64,000 bases of DNA, from positions 93,930,001-93,994,000 of the forward strand of contig NC_043005.1 in NCBI RefSeq assembly GCF_006345805.1. Reading direction: 5' to 3'. The notes beneath the pieces were generated by a model. It had not been told where the DNA came from and ran no database searches. It worked only from the letters and a program-made list of their open reading frames with translations. Positions 1-11,744 of this stretch are shown here, piece after piece (positions within the stretch are counted from its first letter, which is position 1; the number at the start of each line of letters is the position of its first letter). The DNA is from Octopus sinensis. Taxonomy: Eukaryota. A program made the translations under genes and the position numbers.

Positions 1-167
1 CATATGAACCAATATCAAGGCAGGAAACACAAAAAAGGAAAGCAGTGTCGAACTCTCTCCTTCACCAAAAGCCAATCACATAGAATTGACCATTAAAGAG
101 GTGATTACACTGGCATTTCCCCAGCATGGTCACAGCCTTAGATGCTGAAGCATGTAATATATATATA

Positions 168-375
168 TTTCTTTACTACCCACAAGGGGCTAAACACAAA
201 GGGGACAAACGGATTAAGTTGATTACATCGACCCCAGTGCATAACTGGTACTTAATTTATCGACCCCGATAGGATGAAAGGCAAAGTCGACCTTGGCGGA
301 ATTTGAACTCAGAACATAACAACAAACGAAATACGGCTATGCATTTTGCTAACGTTTCTGCCAGCTCACCGCCTT
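168..375 (+). mobile_element. SINE-like repeat, family A (gattacatcgaccccagtgc...aggatgaaaggcaaagtcgacc...gaatttgaactcagaac)
   Basis: The same block recurs at about 43830-43940, 58900-59040 and 59090-59300. Confidence 0.65.
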
Positions 376-542
376 CATGTAAACATATATATATATATAT
401 ATATATATAATTATTTAAAGCATATTACTCTACCACTGGTATTTGAGTACTCTTTTTTCCACTTGTTTCACATTTATGTTTACTCCGGTATATATATATA
501 TATATATATACTTTATTTAAGCAGCAGAAAATTCAACAAAAT

Positions 543-580
543 CTGTTACTCTGAGTTTCTCGTTGCCGTTCATCAGACAG
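543..580 (-). ncRNA. Minimal type I hammerhead ribozyme motif
   Basis: Minus strand reads ctgt-CTGATGA-a-cg-GCAA-cg-a-GAAA-CT-cag-AG-TA-acag. Stem I ctgt/acag; short stem II with a GCAA tetraloop; stem III ACT/AGT; predicted GUA cleavage between 547 and 546. Confidence 0.7.
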
Positions 581-1501
581 TTTTTGCTAAATGGAACATA
601 TATATAATTCAATCTATACTCTTACAAACGCTACACCTTAAAAAGAAATGGATTGTTTATTGGCCTTTAGAAAAACGGTCAATCTTCGAGCGATAAACAA
701 AAAGGTCAAAAATATATGTATATATATACTTATAAAAAACTTATAAAAATTATAATAAAATCGAGGAAAAAACCTATTGCGTTAATGAAGACAGTACAAA
801 TTAATGCATAGAAATTAAACCTGTAAAATACTGCATACATATTGATATTAAAATCATAATATTCAACATACACAAAAGGATGCGCGTAAACGCCATACAT
901 ACATATACAGACGTAGAATATGATCTAAATTATACACATAAAAGCATGTGTACATATATTCACGCAAACCGTCTCGCACGCAAGCTAAAATTCATCTATG
1001 TAGCAATTCTCATATACTGAGCAGGAGGGGAACGACCCTTTCTTTCGTTCCCCTCCTTGCTCAGTATATGAGAATGCTAATAGATGAATTTTAGCTTGCG
1101 TGCGAGACGGTTTGCGTGAATATATGTACACATGTTTATGTGTATAATAGATTCATATTCATACGTCTGTATATGTATGTATGGCGTTTACGCGCATCAT
1201 TTTGTGTATGTTGATATATATTGTGGATTTAATAAAATGTATGCAGTATTTATAACAGGTTTAATTTCTATGCATTAATTTGTACTGTCTTCATTAACGG
1301 CAATAGGTTTTTTCCTCGGATTTTATAATTTTATAATTATAAGTTTTTTTGATATATAACATATATTTTTGACCTTTTGTTTATCGCTCGAAGATTGACC
1401 GTTTTTTCTAAAGGGCCAATCAAACAAGTCCATTTCTTTTAAAGGTGTAGCGTTGTAAGAGTATAGATTGAATTAATATATATGTTCCATTCTAGCAAAA
1501 A

Positions 1502-1538
1502 CTGTCTGATGAACAGCAACGAGAAATCAGAGTAACAG
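1502..1538 (+). ncRNA. Degenerate copy of the minimal type I hammerhead
   Basis: ctgt-CTGATGA-acagcaacga-GAAA-tcagagta-acag. It lacks the C after GAAA and has a G>A change in stem II relative to the 543-580 copy. Confidence 0.5.
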
Positions 1539-1789
1539 ATTTGTTGAATTTCTGCGCTTAAAATAAAGCATATTACTCTACCACTGGTATTTGAGTACTC
1601 TTTTTTCCACCTTGTTTCACATTTATGTGTTTACTCCGGTATATATATATCTATATATATTATATATATATATATATATATATGCATATACACACACAAT
1701 CATCATCGTTATCATCATCTTTTAACATCAGTTGCCCATACTGACAGGAGTTGGTCAGTTAGACCAGAGATGGCAGGAATTCCATATGG

Positions 1790-2762
1790 TGTACACAATA
1801 TAAGCTATGGACACACAAGAGGTGCAATGGGAAGTTATCAGAGACGGTAGTGTTTGTATGTGGAAGATGCACAGGAGCCATAAAAACTACAGATACTCAG
1901 GAAATTGATTCTCTCAAATGCCCTGGTGGCTCATTAGCTAGAGGTAGGGGATAATTTCTGCTATCTAGAGGACCAAATTAGATGTGGGGGAGGATGCACA
2001 GAAAGTATGATAGCTGGAATAGAAATAGGATGATGGAAATTCAGAGAGCTTTTATCTTTGTTGGCTACAAATGGTTTCTCACTCTGAGGGTAAGAAAGAG
2101 TGTATGATGCATGCTTGTGGACAGCAATTCTACATGGTAGCAAGACATGGGCCCTGAATGCAGAGGACAGGCGAAGGCTAGAGAGGACTGAGGTTAGTAT
2201 GCTCTGATGTGTAATGTAAGTGTACATGTTCAACAGAGTGCTAGTGTATTGGGAGAGAAGTTAAGCATGAGAGGAATTAGATGCAGTTTGTAAGAGAGAA
2301 AACTATGCTGGTTTGGTAATGCCAACTGCTGAACAAGTGCCGATCTCTCAAAGTGGATGAAACATGTGGAATAGGGGGACCTAGGAAGACATGAGATGAA
2401 GTACAGAAAGACGACCTCAGGATGCTGAACCATTCAGATGAGATGAAAAAGGACCAAGATACCTGGCATCTTGCTGTACTCAAGAAGATTCATCCTCCAC
2501 AGCAAAAGTGTTAACCCCTCCCCCACCGGCAAAGAGGATTGACCTGCAAGAGTTGCGTGCCTGTGCCATGTAAAAAGCACTTGTACTGGTGCCACATAAA
2601 AGTACCCACCACACTCTGTAAAGTGGTTGGCATTAGGAAGAGCATCCAGCCAGAGAAACTCTGCCTAATCAGACAGGAGCCTGATGTGGCTCTCCAGCTT
2701 GCCAGCTCTGGTCAAAGGGCCGAATCCATGTCAACATGGACAATGGACGTTAAATGATGATG
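1790..2762 (+). mobile_element. Decayed RTE-clade LINE 3' fragment with 3' UTR and (TGA)n tail
   Basis: Decayed LYDAC...AILHGS.TWA and TWDEV-like C-terminal motifs. The tail gtggttggcattaggaagagcatccagc...gacgttaaatgatgatg is shared with many copies in the window. Confidence 0.7.
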
Positions 2763-2779
2763 TCAGTCTTTTTCTTCTT

Positions 2780-3640
2780 TAAAGAAAGAACCGTTTTTAC
2801 TTTATTTTTTTGCAGAATAATTGACTATGAAAAATTAGAATCCCTCAATTTGTGGGAGAGACATGGAATCCTTCCTTGGAATCCATGCTGGATGGACAAA
2901 CAAGGAGATTTCAGACTTCCTCAATATCAGCAGAAGGATGATGGAAAAGGTCAGACAGAAGCTGGAAGATTCAGGGTTTGACTACAAGACAGAGAGGAAA
3001 ATCAGAGCACCAGAATTTGCCCCTGAAATCCAGATCATCAACAATAACTCCAGTAAGTCAATGTGTGTAATTGAACAGGAGAAAGGAATGGATGAAAAGC
3101 TCAACAGGATGGAGGTGCATGAGGAACAGTTACTACTTTTCATACCAAAACAAGGGAAGAGACAATTTGTGTCCAAGGTGATGCAGGGAAAGTGACTCGA
3201 GCACACCAAAAAGCTGATCAACATGTTGAAACAGCTACTGGAGTCAGACATGCTGTGGGTCTTCTCAAATGAGAAGAATTTCCACCAAGACCAGAAATTT
3301 AGCACCGAGAACAACTCATCTGACTGCAACCTCCTTGACTTCTTTGTGTGGGGCATAGTGGAATGAAAGACCAACGAATCCAGCTACAACAAGAAAGATG
3401 AGCCGAGGGCCAGGATTACCAGGGCCTACTAAAATGGGAGATAGTAACAAAGGCCTGTGGTTCAGAGGTTGCCTGGTGGCTGCCATCAAGGCCAAAGGTA
3501 GGTTCATTGAGTGAAAAACAAAATATGTCATGAAGATAAACCGATCTGAATTTGATGAATATATCTGAAAAACTAAAAATACAGTTTATTTTTACCAGAG
3601 CAGTCATCATTTGAACGAATACCGTCCACACCCAGCAGAG
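2780..3640 (+). mobile_element. Tc1/mariner-superfamily transposase relic
   Basis: HTH-like N-terminus (WTNKEISDFLNISRRMMEKVRQKL). SSDCNLLDFFVWGIVE at about 3316-3363 is a variant of the SPDLNP(L/I)D/E motif. Multiple stops and deletions. Confidence 0.7.
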
Positions 3641-4734
3641 CTGAAGTTACTGCATACTTCCTACACTAAGCATACAAAGTACTACATGCGAACCAGAAGG
3701 ACCCCCTCTAAGTTTCTTTCACTGCACACTTTCTACAGTGATTAGTGAAGAAGCGGGGGTAAAGTAGAGCTGCAATATCCCTTAGTCCTGTCACACTGGG
3801 GAGCTCAAGTATTGGCAAACAAGGGGAGGAAATGTAGAGTTGTGAGGCTCCTTTGGTCTTATCTTGCTGAGGGTTTATAAAACTCTCTAGAACTGGTGCC
3901 ACAAGAGAATGTACACAGTGCATTCTGTAAAGTGGTTGGTGGTAGGAAGAGTATCCATCTGTAGGAACCAGATCAAAATGAAAACAGAGCTCCTCCCACT
4001 TAAGAAAGAAGTCAGGATGTGGTGACCCATCCAATGCAAGTTAGCAGAGAAAGAAAACCTAAAATAATGAAGATGATCCTATATCATCACTCTAAAGGCC
4101 TGATCTAACTGCCTCAATTTAGTAATTTCCCTTCAGAGTAGAACATCTGTTTATCCACATTTTATACCTGTTCTGGTACAGTGCTGCTTCTGTGGTAGGA
4201 TCTTTTAATTTTCTTTGACAAAACAAAAGCATAATTTTGAATCAAAGAAAAAACATAACTGGATGCTAATGAAGGCAAATTCAGGTTTTGCTTGAAAGAA
4301 TAAATAAACTAATCAATATCTAACACAATAATCTTGTCATTGATTACACACACTTAGAAAGACCATAGCAACCTGCAAACTACTCAGCAACAACACATAT
4401 TAAACCACTTATTTCCATGCCACAACTGAAGTGGACTTAGACTATCAGACAGAGAGTCTACTTGTTACAACAATAACTTCTACTGCTAACATCCTGTCAT
4501 CTGAATGTAGCTGTTCTTATTGTTGAATCAGTTCAACCTTTATCCAACCACAGTCATACAATATATACATTTTTTTATGAAGTAGTATAGCTCAAGCTAT
4601 ATTATCCAATGCACCCTTCTTTCGTATAAAACATGTGGTTTGAGGGATATCTAGACGCTGTTTCTAACAGGTTGAGAAACCATGTAGTGGTTCTGTTGTT
4701 GGCTTATCTGAATTTAATTTATTTCCTTGTAGTT

Positions 4735-4900
4735 GCAGATATGGATGAGTGGTTAAAACACCTTCCTGGTCATGTAGTCTAAGGTTCAGTCCCACTCATA
4801 GCAAATTCGACAAGAATTTTCTATAAGCCTCAGGCTGACCAAAGACTTCTAAGTGGATTTGGTAGACAGAAACTGAAAGAAACTTGTTGCATGTGTGTAT
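4735..4900 (+). mobile_element. tRNA-derived SINE family B, head fragment
   Basis: gagtggttaa...ggttcagtcccact...gctgaccaaag...ggatttggtagacagaaactgaaagaa matches the copies at 10883 and 26812. Confidence 0.6.
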
Positions 4901-5128
4901 ATGCACACATTAAAGGCTTCCACCATTTTTTCCTCAGTGTCAACCTAATACACCTTGTTTGTCGTTCTTTCACCTTGTCTTTGTGTTTTTATTTTTAAAC
5001 CAAATAAATATCATCATCATCGCTTAATGTCCGCCCTCCATGCTAGCATGCATGGGATGGTTTCACAAGAGCCAGCCAGGCAGAAGCCTGCACCAGACTT
5101 CCATGACTGTTTCATATATATATATATT

Positions 5129-6705
5129 CTAGCATTATGACCCGTTGTTGCCGGGTCATAGTGCTAGTGCATATATATATGTGTACATATTACATGTACA
5201 TCTATATATATACATCTACACATAAAATACAAAATACAAAGTTATATCTTGATATCGCTAGTGATAACAATACTCAAAATATATAACAGACTAGAATTGT
5301 AGGCCCGTCTCTTGCAATTTCGATCAATTGTATCTTGTCCTCCCTCTTGTATAGAAGTGTGGCTACAATCCAGCCTACCTCTACTTCTGGGAGGACATTT
5401 TTAATTTTTATCCGGGACGTCCTACGTCCCAGATATAAAGGTAAAACTAAAATATTTCCACTTTGCAAGGTTCGAGTCGAGTACTCCCTTGCACGCTCCG
5501 TTGACTTGAACCTTGCTTCTATTGTGGCAAATTTACCGCCTCTAGTTAGATAGCTTTCATAGTCACACCAAGACACTTTTCAATGGTGCTTTCCTCCAGG
5601 TGTTCAGATCTTTTTTTTTTCTCTACATTGTATACTTTATAGACAATAGTCTTTTCTTTAATTTAATTTTTTATTTCATTTGGTGGTGTTATCCTAGATT
5701 CACCGTCTTTGTCGGTGATCAATCCGAAATCGGTTTGTATTTCTTCCATTTTAATGAGTTCGTGCCCGCTGACGGCTGCAGCGAAATTCATTTTTGGACT
5801 TTCTTCTATCGAAGGCGTTTTAACAAAAATGCTTCTGTATAGACGGTGAAAATATTGTCAATTTCCCCAAACAGGGACACAATTCAATTTTTAAACAACC
5901 AAAGATCCTTCTCCCAAAGTGGGAGGGTTACGGTTTACAATTATTTAACAAATGCAACACAACAACGTTTCCCTTTCGAGGAACCAACAAACGTGATAGC
6001 AATAGTTAAACAGGAATAATAATATCAACAAACCTTACGGTGTATCAAAAAGCAGCACGCAGTTGAAGCTATAGTTCTTTATGTATAAGAAATAAACCAA
6101 CAGCAGTACTCAGTAGAAGCAGCTGTTCGAGAAAACAGACATTACATACAGCCAAACTTCATATAGATACTTAATGCTAGCTAATTAGCAGATAATCTAA
6201 TGTAAAAGCCGTGGTAAAAAATATGTGCACAGCTACTCCATTTCTGCACACTAATTTTATTTTTAATTTATTCCCATTCATGTGAAACCACTTATTCAAG
6301 TTCAAGTCATTGATGCAATTTTATACCAATTGCTATTTTTACTTTTGTTATGTTACGATTTAATTATTATATTATACTTTAGTTTGATTTTAATTATTAC
6401 TTACTACATATAATTCAATTGTTATTATTATCTCTAATTTTTATTGTTAAAGTGAAAGTATCTGACATAAAATAGAGAAATGTTTTTGTTTCACTTTTAA
6501 CATGTAATACTGAAATAGTGGAGAAGATATGATATTGCTATGGGCTCGCCCTAGGCAAGAAGTTGAACATTTTTTTTGCCCATGAAACTACATGGACCCT
6601 AAGTAAGGCATGTGTAAAATTTGAATGAAATTGGTTGTGTAGTTCTCAAGTTTTAAGGAAACACACAGACAGACAGATACATATTCTCAGTTTTATATAT
6701 ATAGA
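5129..6705 (-). mobile_element. Non-autonomous Helitron carrying a decayed ORF1/gag-like fragment
   Basis: Minus-strand 5' end A|TCTATATATATAAAACTGAG at 6705. 3' end CTAG within a 16-bp hairpin (5129-5167). A second family member lies at 9510-10443. Confidence 0.65.
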
Positions 6706-6709
6706 TATA

Positions 6710-9270
6710 CTAGCAGAGATACCCGGAGTTGCCCGGTTACATTCAATTGAAGAATTAGACTTTTCTGTATATATAGAATTAGACTATATGTATATTAATA
6801 TAAATACATGAAAGTACATGAAGTTTGTTAAAAAAAAGGGGATCATGTATATACCTCATGGTTGTTCAGATTATAATACCTCGTTGTAAACAATGTTCCT
6901 TGTTTTTCCTTGTGGAGCATATACAAAAAGGTTTCTTTTGGTTCCTACTCTTGAGCAGCCAACATGCAGCTGCCCATGCGAGAAGCAGGGCTCTTCCAAG
7001 AGAAGACCAGCTACAGAGATTTGTTAATGGACATGGCAAAGCTGACACGAAGGGGGGAATTACAGTCTTCTAAATGTAAATGGAATTTCTGCTCCTGATG
7101 GAGTAAGAGGAATTCTTGGAATAAAGACGTCATCACCTTTTCGACATCCAGAAAGAATGATCGCCTCGATAACGTGTGACATCATTTTCTTTATCACCAG
7201 TCATGTTCCATTGCAAAGTCTTGGTGGTTCCAGACTGTGGAGTAGCATTACAGGAGTTCCAACTTTAAGTGCTAATATGTGTGGAGGTAGTCCAGGAGGC
7301 TCCAGTGAATTGAGAAATTCAGGAGGATAGTTCACAACTTCATTTATATCTGGAATTGTATCAACAGACTTGTAAGTGTGTATAGTGCCGGGAAGAGAAT
7401 GCATTAACTGTTGATTAATTTTGTTAACAGCGACATTTTTTTGAGCTAATATTGCTCTTTCACACAGCCAATTGTGATTTTGGTAGTTTTGTGTGAAGTT
7501 GGGAAAGACTTTGTTTTTGAGGTCATCTACAGAATTAACAACAGAGGAAAATGACCACACTTCCATTTGTCCTGCAGCATCGAGAGGCATCTTGCCTTCA
7601 CCAAGTGTCAAAATGTCCTGTGTAAACTTTGTGGACATTTTGTTGCCGTGTAGCTGAGCTCTCATGTTAGTGGTGAGACTGAGGATTGTAACATGATGCC
7701 ACAGGGTAGAGGACTTTAGGCATGCTTGGACTTCATCCGCTCTAGTGCCTTTCGGAATGACAGGAAGAGTTTGCCTGAAATCACCTGACAACAGAAGCGT
7801 TACACCTCCCATTGGAGCCTGACAGTCTCGGATGTCTTTCAGGGCTCTATCTAATGCTTCCAAAGCTCCCTTGTGAGCCATAGTGCACTCATTCCAGACA
7901 ATTAAATGACACATTCTAAGTACTTGTCCCTGATCTGAGCTTTTGTTGATGTTGCATGAAGGCATTTCGGATGCTGCTAAATTGAGAGGGAGTTTAAAAG
8001 TTGAGTGTGCTGTCCTGCCACCGGGTAATAAAGTAGCTGCAATGCCAGAGGAGGCTTCAGCTACTGCAATGTCCTGATGCTGCCTAACTTCTGCAAGGAG
8101 AAGCTTTGTAATAAATGTTTTTCCTGTCCCTCCAGGAGCATCGAGGAAGAAGATTCGTCCCTCACGTTGGCGTACACTGTTAAGAATAGTTCTGTAGGCC
8201 TACAGCTGGTCCGGGAGTAATTTAGGCTCATTTTCAACAATGTACTTTGAAAGCGCTTGAGTGGCGTAGGTTGTTTCACGAATGACAGTAGTGGGAAGGC
8301 TATTTGACCCTGACCTGAATGCTTGTGGCAGGCCATACGTCGTCAATTCATTTCCACCCAGTTTAGCAATTCTGTCTTCAATGTCAATGAGTGTTTTGTT
8401 ATAGATTTCATTGCTGATACCCTCCATGTCAGGATAGAGCAGTTGAGCTTGGCGCAGAAAGTCTTCAGCCTGGTTGCCTCTATATTTGAGCCATAGAGTG
8501 GCCAGATCACACAGTTAGCATGTCTGTAGTAATACTGCAAATAGTGCCCTGAGACTTTTAGGTGATTGTGATAAAGCAGCCTCTCCTAAAGTTGCATCCC
8601 ATTGTGTACCATCTTCTAGCAGACCTTGTCGATAGCAGGCTTCTCAGTATGTTGTGCAGACATGTCCATGAATGGTTTTTAGGACCTGGAAAGACGTTGG
8701 CCCTCTGACCTCATGCAGTAGTAGACGAAGGTAGAAGCTCTGTTGTTGAGTGGGATGCGCTGTGTATACTCACCCAAGGCAAGTGTGAAACTTAATGCCA
8801 GGGTATCCATGAACATTCTGACCTGCTTTCCGTGGGGCCCATTTTTTTCCATTCCAAGTGTAGTACGATGGAATCTGTGGATACAGCAAGGATTGAGTGA
8901 ATGGATCCATTTGACAAAGCATGAAGAATGCAGTGAGTGTGCTATCCCTTGGTTCCTCTGCCAACAGAGAAGCATTAGCATCGGTGAAGTACACTCTTTG
9001 ACCATTTTCCAGGTGCACTGCAAGCTGTTGAATGGTGAGGTGTCGTTGGTGAATTGGAAAGCCAAAGATGCGCCAGAAAGCCTCATTGCTACTTATGTAC
9101 CGTCCCACCTGATAATGCGTGACCTCATCCTGGCAGTATTCTTGTTGAAGTCCAAACATTGCAGCGTCAGAACCCTTGTTTACATATTTGCAAACATACT
9201 TGATGGATTTAACGGAGTTACAAAACTCAACGTTGATGTGGGCATTGAAAGTCTTTGACAGGACTGGGAA
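6710..9270 (-). mobile_element. Helitron Rep/Hel (PIF1 helicase) element, 5'-truncated and frameshifted
   Basis: GRYISSNEAFWRIFGFPIH and LAVHLENGQRVYF; Walker A DAPGGTGKT at about 8120-8146; ASSGIAATLLPGGRTAHS; LLLSGDFRQTLPVI; LCNGT. 3' hairpin ccggg-caac-tccgg, then CTAG|T at 6713-6709. Confidence 0.92.
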
Positions 9271-9299
9271 GTATGGAACAATCCATCTATTATCAATAT

Positions 9300-9445
9300 T
9301 GTGCTGTCCGATAGTTGCTGTGAAACCTCCGTCTACTGGTTTTCTGCATCAGCAGTTGAGGCAGCAGACACATGCCAAGTCATCACACAGTGGGACTGAA
9401 CCCAGGACCATGTGTTTGGAACGTAGTTTGTTACCACACAGCCAC
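9300..9445 (-). mobile_element. tRNA-derived SINE family B, head fragment
   Basis: Reverse complement of gtggctgtgtggtaac...cctgggttcagtcccactgtg. Confidence 0.6.
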
Positions 9446-9509
9446 ACCTGCCCCTATGTATGTATGTGTGTGTGTGTGCGTATGTGTAGCTATATTATGC
9501 ATGTATATA

Positions 9510-10443
9510 TGTGTATATATATGTGGAAATATTACATGTACATCTATATGTAGACATCTATACATAAAATACAAAATACAAAGTTATATCTTGATATCGC
9601 TAGTGATAACCTTGCAATTTTGATCAATTGGATCTTGTCCTCCCTCTTGTATAGAAGTGTACGGCTGTAGCAAAATTCCTTTTTGGACTTTCTTCTATCG
9701 AAGGCATTTTAACAAAAATGCTTCCGTAAAGACGGTGAAAATATTGTCAATTTCCCCAAACAGGGACACAATTCAATTTTTAAACAATAACCAAAGCCCC
9801 TTCTCCGAAAGGGGGAGGGTTACGGTTTACAATTATTTAACAAATGCAACACAACGTTTCCCTGACAAAGAACCAACAAACGTGATTACAATAGTCAAAC
9901 AGTAATAATAATAACAACAAACATTTTTGATGTATCTCCATTTAAGTGAAACCACTTATTCAAGTTCAAGTCATTGATGCAATTTTATACGAATTGCTAA
10001 TACACACACACACACACACACACATAATAAGGGTGAAAAATTGAATATTAATTTGATTAATATGAATTGAAAACCAGTGGTGTAGCATATAAGACCATAG
10101 CGAATCTTCTTCTAGCAAAAAGGATGACCACTGTTAATGGTTCATCCCTGTTATATAATACTTTCACTTTAATAGTTTCAGTATTAAAATGAAAGTGTCT
10201 GCATTACAGTAGAGAGATGTTTTTGTTTCACTTTTAACACGTAATACTGAAATAGTGGAGAAAATATGATATTGCTGTGGGGTCGCCCTAGGGAAAAAGT
10301 TAAAATTTTCTTTGCCGATGACACTCCCTGGACCTTAAGTGAGGCATGTGTAAAATTTGAATGAAATTGGTTGTGTAGTTCTCAAGTTTTAGGGAAACAC
10401 ACAGACAGACAGACACACATTCTCAGTTTTACATATATAGAGA
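9510..10443 (-). mobile_element. Internally deleted sibling of the 5129-6705 Helitron
   Basis: Collinear blocks match about 5190-5270, 5310-5360, 5772-6035, 6280-6335 and 6440-6705. It has the same TC-start 5' end; the 3' hairpin is missing. Confidence 0.65.
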
Positions 10444-10469
10444 GATATATATATGGTGTATATATATCA

Positions 10470-10872
10470 TCATCATCAATCGCTGACAGTACCGCCTGAT
10501 CGGCACTCATGCCAGTGGAACGTTAAAACCATATTTGAGCGTGATTATTGCCAGGGCCACGGATTGGCTCCCGTACCGGTGACACATGAAAAGCACCATT
10601 CGAGCGTGATCATTGCCAGTGTTGCCTTTCTGGCAACACTGGCAACATTTGAGTGTGGTTGTTGCTAGTGCTACCGGACTGGCTCCGGTGCAGGTAGCAC
10701 ATAAAAAGCACCCACTACACTCTCGGAGTGGTTGATATTAAGAAGGGCATCCAGCTGTAGAAACTTAGCCAAATCAGATTGAGCCTGGTGCAGCCTCTGG
10801 CTCACCAGTCCTCAGTCAAACTGTCCAACTCATGCCAGCATGGAAAGCAGATGTTAAATGATGATGATGATA
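10470..10872 (+). mobile_element. RTE-type 3' UTR/tail fragment
   Basis: Repeated gccagtg...aaagcaccat units, then cactacactctcggagtggttg...catgccagcatggaaag...(tga)n. Confidence 0.7.
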
Positions 10873-10882
10873 TATATATATA

Positions 10883-11093
10883 GGCGTAGGAGTGGCTGTG
10901 TGGTAAATAGCTTGCTTACCAACCACATGGTTTTGAGTTCAGTCCCACTGCACGGCACCTTGGGCAAGTGTCTTCTATGATAGCCTCAGGCTGACCAAAG
11001 CCTTGTGAGTGGATTTGGTAGACAGAAACTGAAGGAAGCCCATGCTGGAGCACTACCTTTAGTCGAGCAAATCGATCCCAGGACTTATATATA

Positions 11094-11129
<36 letters not shown>

Positions 11130-11352
11130 TGTATGTATGTGTATATGTTTGTGTGTCTGTGTTTATCCCTTCAACATCACTTGACAACTGATGCTGGTGC
11201 GTTTACGTCCCTGTAACTTAGCAGTTTGGCAAAAGAGAATGATAGAATAAGTACTAGGCTTACAAAGAATAAGTCCTGGGATCGATTTGCTCGACTAAAG
11301 GTGGTGCTCCAGCATGGCCACAGTCGAATGACTGAAATAAGTAAACGAAAAG
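10883..11352 (+). mobile_element. Full-length tRNA-derived SINE family B with an internal inverted 48-bp copy of its own tail
   Basis: tRNA-like head gtggctgtgtggtaa...gagttcagtccc, central microsatellite and tail ccagcatggccacagtc. 11041-11088 is the reverse complement of 11269-11316 with 1 mismatch. Confidence 0.75.
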
Positions 11353-11375
11353 AATAAAAGAATATATATACATAC

Positions 11376-11715
11376 ATCATAATTATTGTCGTTTAACGCC
11401 CGCTTTCCATGCTGGCATGGGTTGCATGGTTTGACTGAGGACTGGTGAGCCAGAAGGCTGCACCAGGCTCCAATCTGATCTGGCAAAGTTTTTACAGCTG
11501 GATGACTTTCCTAATGCCAACCACTCCGAGAGTGTAGTGGGTACTTTTACATTCCACATGCACAAGGGCCAGTCTGGTGGCACTGGCAACGACCATGCTC
11601 GAATGTTGTTCTTCCCGTGCCAGTAAGGCAACGCTGGCAATGATCATGCTTGGATGGTGCTTTTAACGTTTCACTGGCACAAGTGCCAATCAGGCAGTAC
11701 TGTCATTGGCCACAT
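11376..11715 (-). mobile_element. RTE-type 3' UTR/tail fragment
   Basis: Reverse complement of the shared tail and UTR repeats. Confidence 0.65.
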
Positions 11716-11744
11716 CAGCGATTCTGATACACCATATATGTATA

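Larger units (their letters stand above)
417..1660. mobile_element. Head-to-head inverted pair of Penelope pseudo-LTR-like units with (TA)n junctions
   Basis: 511-1035 is the reverse complement of 1045-1568 (9-nt spacer ccctttctt). The tail at 421-489 is repeated directly at about 1569-1639. Each arm carries a hammerhead core. Confidence 0.65.

Noticed and set aside
4168-4212. 45-nt open minus-strand exon-like segment (KLKDPTTEAALYQN)
   Set aside because: No recognisable homology and no supporting intervening exons.
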